From: Giardia intestinalis | Taxonomy: Eukaryota | Assembly (NCBI GenBank): GCA_000002435.2 | Contig: CM018789.1 | Length of the DNA stretch: 64,000 nucleotides | Reading direction: 5' to 3' (one strand) | In this document: piece after piece, positions 32,466 through 42,073 of the stretch | Layout: each line of letters opens with the position of its first letter | Numbering within the stretch: position 1 is the stretch's first letter | Made by a program: the position numbers and the translations under genes | The notes under the pieces: generated by a model | What the model saw: the letters and a program-made list of their open reading frames with translations, nothing else | The model's database searches: none | What the model was told of the DNA's origin: nothing

Positions 32466-35387
32466 TTAGTGAGGGCCTTGCTTATTCATATTTTTAGTCA
32501 AAGCGTTATACAGCTGTGTTTGTAGCTCCTCGTTGACAGGCAGAGATGTCTCCACCTGGGCTCCTAACGTGCGCTGAATCACAGAGGACAAAAGATCCGA
32601 CCTTTCCCGGCTCAAGGAAAGCTCCTGACTTCTCACCAAAGCGTCGCCCTCGGCAGTATTGTCGTGAATTGCCAAGAGTTGACCGGGCATAGCATATGCG
32701 TGCGCTTTCTTTGGCTCCTGCAGCATGGATGAATCCACTATCGGCGCCTGTGGGCTATGAGCCGCGGTGTGTAGGTATATCTTGGTGATGTTTCTATTGG
32801 ATGCCTCTGTCATCCTTCTCGACGGAGAGCTGGGCAATGCAGTCGGCCCAGAATCGTTTAAGTCAGCAGCGAGCAAAGGGAGCTTATCAAATGCGTCTAT
32901 AGAGAGATCCTTTGATAAGCGGCCCGTTCCAGCCGGTGATAAAGGGAAGACGTCCTTTGGATCGACTATCGAGGCGGGCAGCTTTCTGGTCTTCCGTTTC
33001 TTGTTTGTCACCAGCTCTTGCAAATCGGCGGCAAGGTCATTGAGAATTCGGCCATGCGGTTCGCTCTTCTCTCCGCCGCTGGTTCGAATGTGAGGAGTTG
33101 TCTCCAAGTTGTGTGGAAAGAGGATTGGAGACAGAGTTGTGGGAAGCTCCACCTGTTGTTGAGGACGGGAACTGCTATCGTCAATCATCGGTTGCTGGTA
33201 TGGTTGGACGTGGGAAGTGTACTCCCTTATCTCAGGGCTTTTCTCGGAGATGGTTATAGACGGCGTTTGCTGCGTAGATTCTCTTGTTGGCGAGATAGGT
33301 AGAGTGCTTTTAGAGACGGGCTGGCTCTCTTCTGTATCTGATACGTGCCTCTGCTGTGCCACGGGCCCCAGCGTGGTAACTGTCGACCCGAAGCTTTTAT
33401 GAATATCAACCTCGGGTGCAGAGGTCCCTAATGCCGTAGCAGATTGTCTACTGGTAGCACTTACACGAATATCTAGTGTATCGTTATTGGGCTTACCTCC
33501 GTCCTGCTCTACTCTGTTCTTAAGCTGATATTGCCTTGAGCCGGCCCTCTTTGCATTGTCCTTTTTGGCGGAAGTTGGGCGCTTTTCTTTAGTGATGCTT
33601 GAAGATGGTAGCTTGACGGATTTTTCTACACCTACTGCAGGCTTTGGCCTGGCACTTTGCGGTCGCCTTCCACGTGTAGCATTAGATGATTCTCTGTTGC
33701 TCCTGTTATCAGCATTTTCTCTTTGCGTGGATATATGTGAGTGTGCCTCCTCTGCGCCCTGGCATGCCTCTTTGTTGCTGATAGACGTATGCGCTTTGTT
33801 GCCTGATCGAGACCTTGAATCAGTAGTTGCTGATGGTCTATGATCGGGCTTCCATGGCCTCTGAGGGGCCTCCGGTATTGTGTGTGTTGCAGCCTCTGAG
33901 AAAGCAGCACCGCTCCCAGAAGCATGGCCGATAACCGTTGGGGCTTTATCATCGCTGGGAATACGATAACGTTCCAATTGTTCAGAGAGGGTTTCTGGTT
34001 TAGTGAGAGAATTAGACTGTCTTCTTTGCTGAGGAAAGCGTGCGCACGGTCTTTGCACTGTGTTTAGTACACCTTCTTGGCAAGCGGCCTCATCTAGCTC
34101 CTGTTTATAACTTGCCATGCTGTTATATTGCCTATTCCATTGTATTGTTTGGATACTGTATCTCTTAATGAAGGACCCATCCTCCCTGCTCCTCCCTGCA
34201 CCATCTGAAGGGTCTGCTTCTTCGCTATAGTCATACAACTGCTGCGTATCGTTCTTACCATATTTCTTCAAGAGATCTACGGATGCTGCCTGTGTCTCCG
34301 GGGCAGTCCCACAATTATCTGCAAGACCTTTATCTCTGGGTTGATTGGCATCCGAGACCAATGCTTTCACTGGTTCGTTGATGATTATATTCTTCTTTGT
34401 ATACGTTTCTGCATCGCCCTCGTTGCTCTCTAGTTTCATGTTATGTCGCCACGGCTTTGCATAGTCCCTTTGATCTTCCCAAATGTCATGCCTGTTTCTA
34501 AATACCTTGTGGTCTCTGCAATTGTCTTCAACGTAAGCCATTGCAAGGTCTGTTGCCAGCATATCCATAACGACATGGTTGTTAGTCTGCTTGAGCGTCC
34601 TTTCATGTGTGTCGTTTTCATGATCCAAAAGGAGGTTTTGCTTATACTCAAGAGAATTGTAATTGGATCGTGTGGAAGACGGGCGTTTAACATTGGCTCC
34701 GTGAGCACTTGTGACGTTCTGCATGATTGCTTTTTTATACGCCAAGTAACTATTGGTACTAGGAAGAGACACGGATGTGGCCATGCTTCCCGAAATGTGT
34801 GGTTTAGGCGACCCTTGTCGCGACGGTTGCTTGGACGCAGGAGGTGTCAGGCCTTCCTGCCGCTGGGGGGACTGAGGGACAGACGCTTGGCTCGCCATTT
34901 CGCCCTTTGACTCACGTGGTGATGAGGTTGGTGACACACTTCTTTCCTGCTTCTGGGACGCGTCGGGCTCTTTAGATTTAGAGGAAGATCGACTAGCGGT
35001 TTTCTGTTGACTCTTCCCAAGTGACCTCCGAGGACTTTTAGAGGTTGGTGTGCTGGCTTTAGAGTTGCTCTTCACATTAGATGACTTGCTGTTAATGGTT
35101 GAGCACGACGCAGTCCTATGGCTTTGGTGCATACTTCCGACTCTACTCGTTGACCGTGAGTCTAGATATGAAAGGCGATATTGCATTAAGCGCTTGTCAA
35201 ACGTTTCAGACTTATCAAAGCTCAGTCTATCAAGATATCGTTCCGGAAAGCTGAGTCGGAACTGATCCTTCAGCTTGTCCTCCGGGAGCCTTACACGCCG
35301 TATGTCTCCGTTATCCGTATACTCCTTGGCCAACTGCAGCGACCCTGCCATGCTCCTACTGGACTTTGTCCGCGCATCCTTGGGCAT
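32466..35387 (-). CDS. Hypothetical protein, 973 aa, Ser/Thr/basic-rich, predicted intrinsically disordered
   Basis: Single uninterrupted ORF with ATG at 35385-35387. Low-complexity composition (S, T, K, R, P, Q) and no recognisable domain. Tightly flanked by identified genes. Confidence 0.55.
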   Translation of the reverse strand: MPKDARTKSSRSMAGSLQLAKEYTDNGDIRRVRLPEDKLKDQFRLSFPERYLDRLSFDKSETFDKRLMQYRLSYLDSRSTSRVGSMHQSHRTASCSTINSKSSNVKSNSKASTPTSKSPRRSLGKSQQKTASRSSSKSKEPDASQKQERSVSPTSSPRESKGEMASQASVPQSPQRQEGLTPPASKQPSRQGSPKPHISGSMATSVSLPSTNSYLAYKKAIMQNVTSAHGANVKRPSSTRSNYNSLEYKQNLLLDHENDTHERTLKQTNNHVVMDMLATDLAMAYVEDNCRDHKVFRNRHDIWEDQRDYAKPWRHNMKLESNEGDAETYTKKNIIINEPVKALVSDANQPRDKGLADNCGTAPETQAASVDLLKKYGKNDTQQLYDYSEEADPSDGAGRSREDGSFIKRYSIQTIQWNRQYNSMASYKQELDEAACQEGVLNTVQRPCARFPQQRRQSNSLTKPETLSEQLERYRIPSDDKAPTVIGHASGSGAAFSEAATHTIPEAPQRPWKPDHRPSATTDSRSRSGNKAHTSISNKEACQGAEEAHSHISTQRENADNRSNRESSNATRGRRPQSARPKPAVGVEKSVKLPSSSITKEKRPTSAKKDNAKRAGSRQYQLKNRVEQDGGKPNNDTLDIRVSATSRQSATALGTSAPEVDIHKSFGSTVTTLGPVAQQRHVSDTEESQPVSKSTLPISPTRESTQQTPSITISEKSPEIREYTSHVQPYQQPMIDDSSSRPQQQVELPTTLSPILFPHNLETTPHIRTSGGEKSEPHGRILNDLAADLQELVTNKKRKTRKLPASIVDPKDVFPLSPAGTGRLSKDLSIDAFDKLPLLAADLNDSGPTALPSSPSRRMTEASNRNITKIYLHTAAHSPQAPIVDSSMLQEPKKAHAYAMPGQLLAIHDNTAEGDALVRSQELSLSRERSDLLSSVIQRTLGAQVETSLPVNEELQTQLYNALTKNMNKQGPH

Positions 35388-35603
35388 TAATTCTGGGATT
35401 GAAGTCTTTTTCCAGAATTTGTTCCTTTCAGTGTTTAGTGTCTTTGTCTTTTATCTTAGCTTTTCTATTAATTGAAAGTCGAAAATAAAGTGATGATTCG
35501 AATTACCGCCCGAGGGCCCTCGGGCTCCGCTGAGGACATGCTGGTCTGACTCCTTTGCTCAACCTTTCCCTCTCCCTGTGACCGCGCGTGGCTCCTGCAG
35601 TGA

Positions 35604-36917
35604 ATGCCTCTGTCTGTTTTCCATTTTTTACTCTGCGCTCGTCCGATGAGGTGCTGCAAAAAGGTGGACACCCAGGAAGACAACCATATTGCTCCGCTTG
35701 CTCCCAAGATGGCAGAACGTCTTGCAAATAGCATCTATCCTCCCTGTCTCAGGGCTCCCTGCACTTCCCCCGGCGATTCAGATGCGCCCAAGTCGACCTC
35801 TATCAAGCCAGCATTGGAGGACATGGTCATTGACGGAGTTCGTGGTAATTTGGTATGGAGAGGGCCTGGCTCCCTCTCTGGCACAGAACTTCGTATATCC
35901 AATTGCCACGACTCCACAATAGTCCTCCTTGATAACGTCAGCACAGTCACCGTCGACGACTGTGTGGGTTGTGACATTGTCCTTGTTGCAAGCAGCCAGA
36001 GCACATTCCTCCGCTCCTCCACAAGGTGCCGCTTCGCTGTCTCCTCTGGCCAACTACGCACCCGAGACCTAACTGCTTGCTCCATTTTCCTCCACTGCAA
36101 CACAGATCCCATTATTGAGTCCTCCGAGGATCTCACCTTCATGCCGTTTTGCATTGGCATAAATCTGCCCGATGCCTTCTCCGACAACTCCAAGGTAGAG
36201 CAAGTAGTTTACTACATTAACTACGCAATCCAGAGCGCCCAGGCGCGTGCTTCACTGATAGGACTGAAGAATCGTTTTGAGAGAGTGTACAACTTCACCC
36301 CTGAGAAGAACACCTATAAGGTGGTTCTTCAGCCATCTGCAAATTGCACAGATATCGAGAAGCCACCAACTGTTCGATTCCCGTCTAATACATCGGATCT
36401 GTGGAATGATGCCAACGTACTGACTACTTATAATGCCCCAAAGACTGGAGATCTGGGGAAGGCTATAGTGACCACGTCCGGCGGAATGGTCCATGGAATG
36501 ATGAGGCCTACGTCGCTAGCTCAAACAAATCTTTTCGGCGATGAGCACTGCTACTTCTGGGTAGACGGTATTGATACCACGCTTCCCTCACGTGAGTATA
36601 GTATACGATACAGCCAGGCATCGTTGTGGTGGTCTTCACAGCTGTATGGCCTGCTGGCAATGCACAAGTTGTATATTCGCCAGGTTGCAGCTGTACTCCC
36701 AAGTCCAACCGTGGAGCGTGGCGGCATCCCGGTTAGTCACGGATTCATCGTTGACGTTTCGGCTCCTAATAACACACTTCAAGCACTGGTAGAGGCGACC
36801 CAGAAGTTCAAACAGTGCAGTCTAGAGCTTCCACCAGTGAAGATCCTGAGTGGTGCGGATATATTCAGAGCACATGAATTGATTGCGTTCTGGAATAGTG
36901 AAATGAGCCTTGCCTAG
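35604..36917 (+). CDS. TBCC (tubulin cofactor C / CARP beta-helix) domain protein with about 230-aa C-terminal extension; TBCC/RP2-like
   Basis: ELRISNCHDSTIVLLDNVSTVTVDDCVGCDIVLVASSQSTFLRSSTRCRFAVSSGQLRTRDLTACSIFLHCNTDPIIESSEDLTFMPF matches the TBCC C-terminal domain pattern (...QQLRTRNCTDCEILLFSVTQPPVIESCTGIRFGPY). The extra C-terminal domain is reminiscent of the RP2 architecture. An alternative start is at 35707 (MAERLAN...). Confidence 0.5.
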   Translation: MPLSVFHFLLCARPMRCCKKVDTQEDNHIAPLAPKMAERLANSIYPPCLRAPCTSPGDSDAPKSTSIKPALEDMVIDGVRGNLVWRGPGSLSGTELRISNCHDSTIVLLDNVSTVTVDDCVGCDIVLVASSQSTFLRSSTRCRFAVSSGQLRTRDLTACSIFLHCNTDPIIESSEDLTFMPFCIGINLPDAFSDNSKVEQVVYYINYAIQSAQARASLIGLKNRFERVYNFTPEKNTYKVVLQPSANCTDIEKPPTVRFPSNTSDLWNDANVLTTYNAPKTGDLGKAIVTTSGGMVHGMMRPTSLAQTNLFGDEHCYFWVDGIDTTLPSREYSIRYSQASLWWSSQLYGLLAMHKLYIRQVAAVLPSPTVERGGIPVSHGFIVDVSAPNNTLQALVEATQKFKQCSLELPPVKILSGADIFRAHELIAFWNSEMSLA

Positions 36918-37037
36918 AAATCTACTGGGTAATGGGGCTTAGAAGTAAGAGATCGCGTAAATACGGTTCTTTAAGTAACTGATTTAGTTTAGAGACAGAT
37001 TGCACGCTACAAGGGTCAGTATGTCTCCGTGCTGAGA

Positions 37038-40019
37038 CTACTTCTGAGAGTAGCCTACGACCTTATAGCGTTTTTCTCCGGCAGAAATCATCACATTTCC
37101 GTGTATATGCTCATAGTTCTTTGAGTATACCCCCTTCAGCTGCCTTAGATCAACAGGAGACCGTAGTGCTCTCTGCTCACAGTCAGCTCCGTTGAAGGCC
37201 TCTTCCTTGCTGCCTATCTGGCCTGAACTGGCCGGCTCAGACATCCCAATTAGCTTCTGCTTGATAAGATTTCTCAGATCATTGTGCAATCTATCATTCT
37301 GCGTTGCAATGGATCCCCTTAGCTGGTTATCGTGAGACTGTAGCTCGAATCGCGGAGATGCCGCAATATTCCGGGGAACGAGGGAGTCTATTGTTATCGG
37401 AGTTCTCTGCTGCGGGGAGTCTAGAGGATAGTCTGGCTCATTCTGAGTGTGGGCACTCGATGGGCGGCTTGCAATGAAGCTAGAGTTCCTACTTGCTGAG
37501 CGCGAGGAAGCACGGCTGTTGATCCGACCCTTCGGCTTAGACTTGCTAGCGGAAAGAGGTCGTTGACGCTGCCTAGAGCTTCCTTGCGTACAAGTTTCCC
37601 CATTGTCTGAGTGAGCTGCATCTTTGGCTCTGGTTTGTTGCATCTGGTTTAACGATCTAGGCGGAAACATGGGTTCAGTGCCCATCACTGTACCCACAGC
37701 GCTTTGCGCGTACACCTTCTGCTGTGGAATCATTGGCCAGCTGTCGTTATTCTTTGGAACATAGTTGTAACTCATTCCCTCTGGATTAGTGACATGCGGC
37801 GAGGCCTTCGGGAACTTAATCACAGTCTGAGGGCTTTTCGGCTGCCCCACGTCATACTTGGTGTACTGGTGATGCGTAGTTGAGGAAGCGCTGTATACAG
37901 GGCTGGCTTCTACATCTGTCATTGAAGTATTTGCACTCTCTGACATCATACTTGTCTGCTTGCTAGCATACCCTGTCGTCGTACTTGTCGACCGTGCAAC
38001 CCGCTTGGACGTAGATGGCTTTCTTAAAGGAGATTTAGACTTTCCCATTGACGCTCTGTGACTTCCTGCTCGTTTTTTGCTCGAAGATTTGCCCCCAGTT
38101 GTGCTCTTTTTCAATGACTTTCCGCTCTTAGAAGCATTTAGTTTTGTGAACGATGAACTAACTGACAAATGAGTACTGGTGTGTCGATGCGAATTACTAT
38201 CTCCTCTCCGTGACGAAGCATGTGATTTTCGAAGTCCATTGGTAGAACCAGCACTGCCTATTCCAGAAATAATTGAAGAGGCTAGAGTGTGGGTGGCGCC
38301 TCCCCGTACACCACTCTGAGAAACTTGATGAAGTCGTGAACGAGAGGAGGCACGTGAGCAAACGGGAGAGCTAAACTTTCTAGATTGCTTGCTAGCAGAT
38401 CTGCCTCTTTTCGGCTTGTGGATAGTGGGAGCTGTTTCATCCTCTATTAAATCCGTCATCTTATAAACATCCGGGGCTGTTGCCATTGCTGACACTGCTG
38501 ATGTTCGCGGAGAAAATGGATTTGCTGTGGGCTTGTTCTGTGGGCTTTGCGAGTAAACTGGATGAGAATAGTAGTCATAGGACTGAGGGAAGACGAAGTT
38601 ATTGATGCCTTGGCTAAGAGTCGAAGGCAGCTCTGGAAGAGGTTGGTACCCAGTAAAAGACGTAGAGCCTAGATCTCCAGTGGACTGAGTGCGGTTGACA
38701 GAGTGGCCAGGATAGTGAGTCATACTAGCAGACGATGGTCGATTGTGCGGGCGCAGCAGGGGAGTGCCCATGGAATGCGGGCTACTACCTTCCTCTGTAA
38801 TGTCCCCCAGACTCTCGTGCAGCATTCCATAAGAGGATCCGGGATTCTTTCCCTCAAGGAACTGTGTCACCTGGCCTATCTGAGATTGTGTAGGATGTAT
38901 CTCGACACCGTGATCAAGAATACTGGCCAGACCACTGCCGATCATTTCATGTTGCTCGTTGCGGTCTGGCAGTGGAGCAGTTTGCGTATCTTCTATGAGG
39001 CAATAATTCCTATTTCTCTCCGAGGTATCTGCTATTTTCTCGTAGAGTGGAGCAGATAAGTGGTCTGAGAGCGCAGAAAATTTGGGATATGGTTTAAAGG
39101 AACGTCCAAGATCATTCGTTGTCCCATAGAGTTCCATTTCGAGAATGAGATCGGCGTTTCCAGTGACCTTTTCACTTGGCACTATCTCATCGACTTCATT
39201 GGTCGCGTTGGGCCGTTTTGTTTGCAGGCCAGTGCCATGAATTTGGTGTGGAGCAGCTAAAGGCCCACGCAGGTCAGGGACGTGATCCTGCCCCAGATAG
39301 GACCCAGGTGTATTGGCAGACGACCTTCCTGATGGAGGAAGGTTGAGTGTGTTTGCTGTAGGCTTGGGCCTTGTATCCTTGGTCAGCGTGTCTATGGTGA
39401 CGGCAGCAAGGCCAGGTCCAGTGCTTATCACGTTATCCATGCATCTAGAGTCAGATTTGTGCAGAGACAATGAAACCTCTGGAGATATGTCACTCTTTCC
39501 GCCGTACAAACTACCCCCTGTTGCCCCAGAATCTGCCTCAAGGAGATCTGTCAGATAGTTTGTTTTTATGAGGCTATCCCTAACTGCATGGTGCGCAGCA
39601 TGGGCCCCAGCAGCGTTGCCTGAATGCTCATCCATCTGAACCCCATCAGAGTCCTCCCCGTAATGCCTTGGAGGTGTATCCATGCCAGTAAGAGATGATG
39701 CCGGGAGTTGGGATAAGTCGAGAATGCGATGCGTTTTAGTTCGAGAATAGCTGGGGTGGGAAATTACTACTGACCCAGAAGTGGGCTCTGAACCGTACTT
39801 GGACTCAACGGATTCCTCTAGCATATGCGAAATCGAGTCCAGACGCATTGTGTTCTCCGGAGACGCCTCTAGAAGGTCAGCATATGTCGACCGTTTTCTA
39901 CTTAAAAGCCTTGACCTGGCCTGCTTTCCATCACTCGTAGTACTAAAGATACCATCCTGCTGAGACAAGCCCGTAGAATTTTCGCTAGCTTCGAGAGCGT
40001 ATCGAGCTTCAAAGGACAT
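37038..40019 (-). CDS. Hypothetical protein, 993 aa, Ser-rich, low-complexity, predicted disordered
   Basis: Single long ORF with ATG at 40017-40019 and no recognisable domain. Composition resembles the 973-aa protein at 32466-35387. Confidence 0.55.
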   Translation of the reverse strand: MSFEARYALEASENSTGLSQQDGIFSTTSDGKQARSRLLSRKRSTYADLLEASPENTMRLDSISHMLEESVESKYGSEPTSGSVVISHPSYSRTKTHRILDLSQLPASSLTGMDTPPRHYGEDSDGVQMDEHSGNAAGAHAAHHAVRDSLIKTNYLTDLLEADSGATGGSLYGGKSDISPEVSLSLHKSDSRCMDNVISTGPGLAAVTIDTLTKDTRPKPTANTLNLPPSGRSSANTPGSYLGQDHVPDLRGPLAAPHQIHGTGLQTKRPNATNEVDEIVPSEKVTGNADLILEMELYGTTNDLGRSFKPYPKFSALSDHLSAPLYEKIADTSERNRNYCLIEDTQTAPLPDRNEQHEMIGSGLASILDHGVEIHPTQSQIGQVTQFLEGKNPGSSYGMLHESLGDITEEGSSPHSMGTPLLRPHNRPSSASMTHYPGHSVNRTQSTGDLGSTSFTGYQPLPELPSTLSQGINNFVFPQSYDYYSHPVYSQSPQNKPTANPFSPRTSAVSAMATAPDVYKMTDLIEDETAPTIHKPKRGRSASKQSRKFSSPVCSRASSRSRLHQVSQSGVRGGATHTLASSIISGIGSAGSTNGLRKSHASSRRGDSNSHRHTSTHLSVSSSFTKLNASKSGKSLKKSTTGGKSSSKKRAGSHRASMGKSKSPLRKPSTSKRVARSTSTTTGYASKQTSMMSESANTSMTDVEASPVYSASSTTHHQYTKYDVGQPKSPQTVIKFPKASPHVTNPEGMSYNYVPKNNDSWPMIPQQKVYAQSAVGTVMGTEPMFPPRSLNQMQQTRAKDAAHSDNGETCTQGSSRQRQRPLSASKSKPKGRINSRASSRSASRNSSFIASRPSSAHTQNEPDYPLDSPQQRTPITIDSLVPRNIAASPRFELQSHDNQLRGSIATQNDRLHNDLRNLIKQKLIGMSEPASSGQIGSKEEAFNGADCEQRALRSPVDLRQLKGVYSKNYEHIHGNVMISAGEKRYKVVGYSQK

Positions 40020-40093
40020 TAATCGTCAAACGAAGTATTGGAATTTTAAAAACGCTTTAGAGAGAAGACTTTAGAGAGAAGAGAAAGAAGCGG

Positions 40094-41998
40094 ATGACTA
40101 TGCTACGATCTCTTCCATCCGGGTACCGGATTACAGAGAAAATCAGTGACGGCCCTTACGATACCCTTTATCTAGGGACCAACGCTAAGTACAAAGACTT
40201 GGTGGTATTTAGGCATATCGTTCTTCCAGAGGCCCGCCGCACACGGACTGAGCTAGTGCACTCGCAGACAACCCTCGTCCCTGCTCTGAGGCATCCTCAC
40301 ATTATACCACAACTACAGACAGAGCAGGCACCCAATAATGATATTATTACAACCACTCCCTATTATGAAAACGGATCTCTTCAGTTACTGATCAACGTTC
40401 TTAAAAAAGACAGAAAAAGGGTAAGCAAAAGCTGTTTCTTTTCTTATACCTATCAGCTGCTAACAGCCCTTTCTTATTTGCATTGCCCAAGGAAGGACGA
40501 GACATATCAAGGACCAACTGGCACCACCATCTCCATCAAGAGGGTGGTACACGGGGCCATTAGACCAGCCTCTGTGTTGATTGATAATAATGGGAAGAAG
40601 GTCATCCTCGGGAACATGACACACTGCCAGGAAATCACTAACTCTACTCTTACCGTTAAGCTGGCAGCAACAGGAGTTAACGTATACTATTCGTCTCCAG
40701 AGCAAGTCAAGGGGATGCCTCTCTCAGAGACAACAGACATCTGGAGCCTCGGCGCGACCCTCTATGAGTTCTTTACTCTAACACCTCTGACTTACCTATC
40801 CCAATTAGAGTCAGCCGGGAAGCTAATCATGGACTCACCAGACAGGAAGTATCCCCCGAATCCTGACTTGTCAGTGATCACAGATAAGGATGTGCGGTTC
40901 CTACTTTCCGTCATGCTCTGCATGGATCCTGCAGAGCGCATCTCTGCCGCGGAACTCTTAACCCTAGACGCCTTCACTCCATACTTTGAAGCCCCTGACA
41001 AACAAGACTTAGTAGAGGACGGGGAGCACGTCATCTCTCAGTCCGACTTTTTCATGGCATATAGTAAGCCACTTGTCACTAACGATATGTTGTCCGGGGA
41101 CACCGTGATAGCGCAAGATGAAATCTCAAACTCCTGTATCTCCGTGAGTACATCTGTCAGCACTGATTGTGCAAGCACACAACTGAGCCACCAGAGCTAC
41201 ATGTCTGGATCCACCACCTCTCAGTCCAAACCAAAGAAGCCGGACGGGTCTCCATCCAACCTGATTCCATCGTCTAGTACATCTAGTTGTTACCTGTACA
41301 GGCCTCCAAAGATTGTTTATAAGGATATTTGCAAATGTATAGCGAATAAAGATCTGGAATCCCTTACGGCCATGAAGGATGAGGCAAACACGCTGCCGGC
41401 TAAGTACCCCACTATCCTCTACCTAGCTGCGGAGGCAGGGTGGGTAGACGGCTGCAGAGAATTTATATACCAGGCTGGGCGCCATGTGCGTCACACAGGA
41501 CGTGGATACCTTAATCCGACTGCGCTAATGCGTGCTGCACGTAAGGGGGTTGTCGGCACGACACAGCTCCTCGCTGGGATAGAAAAAGGGCTGCGGGACG
41601 AGTACATGGGGAGAACAGCGTTAATGCTTGCAGCAGAAAAAAATCAGACACGTACTGTGGAGATTTTAATCAACTATGAAGCAAGGTTGACAGACAAACA
41701 CGGCAATACCGCCCTTATTCTCGCCACAATGAACAATAGTATTGAATCTATCAAGATCCTCTGTAAGAAAGAAAGCAACATAGAGAACAGAGCTCGTCAA
41801 GTATCACTTCTCATTGCGGCCCACAAAGGCAACCTGGAAGCTATACGTCTATTGGCACCCTACGAAGCAAAGAACTATGCAAGCGCCGCCCTTGATAAAG
41901 TCTCCCGTGCAATTTTTCTTTCAACAGAGACCAAGAGTGAGATAATGAACTTTCTTTCTCAGTATATTGGCTATTACAGACTTCAAAGTAAACAATAG
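40094..41998 (+). CDS. NEK-family kinase-like protein with C-terminal ankyrin repeats; predicted pseudokinase
   Basis: Kinase-fold landmarks are present but degenerate: the Gly loop is ISDGPYDTLY, HRDLKPxN is replaced by HGAIRPAS (no catalytic Asp), and DFG is replaced by GNM. Ankyrin repeats are recognisable near the C-terminus (TALMLAAEKNQTRTVEILINYEARLTDKHGNTALILATMNN...). The Giardia NEK expansion is known to be rich in pseudokinases. Confidence 0.7.
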   Translation: MTMLRSLPSGYRITEKISDGPYDTLYLGTNAKYKDLVVFRHIVLPEARRTRTELVHSQTTLVPALRHPHIIPQLQTEQAPNNDIITTTPYYENGSLQLLINVLKKDRKRVSKSCFFSYTYQLLTALSYLHCPRKDETYQGPTGTTISIKRVVHGAIRPASVLIDNNGKKVILGNMTHCQEITNSTLTVKLAATGVNVYYSSPEQVKGMPLSETTDIWSLGATLYEFFTLTPLTYLSQLESAGKLIMDSPDRKYPPNPDLSVITDKDVRFLLSVMLCMDPAERISAAELLTLDAFTPYFEAPDKQDLVEDGEHVISQSDFFMAYSKPLVTNDMLSGDTVIAQDEISNSCISVSTSVSTDCASTQLSHQSYMSGSTTSQSKPKKPDGSPSNLIPSSSTSSCYLYRPPKIVYKDICKCIANKDLESLTAMKDEANTLPAKYPTILYLAAEAGWVDGCREFIYQAGRHVRHTGRGYLNPTALMRAARKGVVGTTQLLAGIEKGLRDEYMGRTALMLAAEKNQTRTVEILINYEARLTDKHGNTALILATMNNSIESIKILCKKESNIENRARQVSLLIAAHKGNLEAIRLLAPYEAKNYASAALDKVSRAIFLSTETKSEIMNFLSQYIGYYRLQSKQ

Positions 41999-42073
41999 GC
42001 GCGTGTTTCCGAGTGCTCTGGTGGTTGAGCTATCCGTACTTGGCTAAGAGAGGGATAAGGCCTTAAGAATAAA

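Noticed and set aside
33010-33040. GGTTCGAAT T-loop-like motif
   Set aside because: No complementary T-stem or acceptor stem, and it is inside the 973-aa ORF (antisense).
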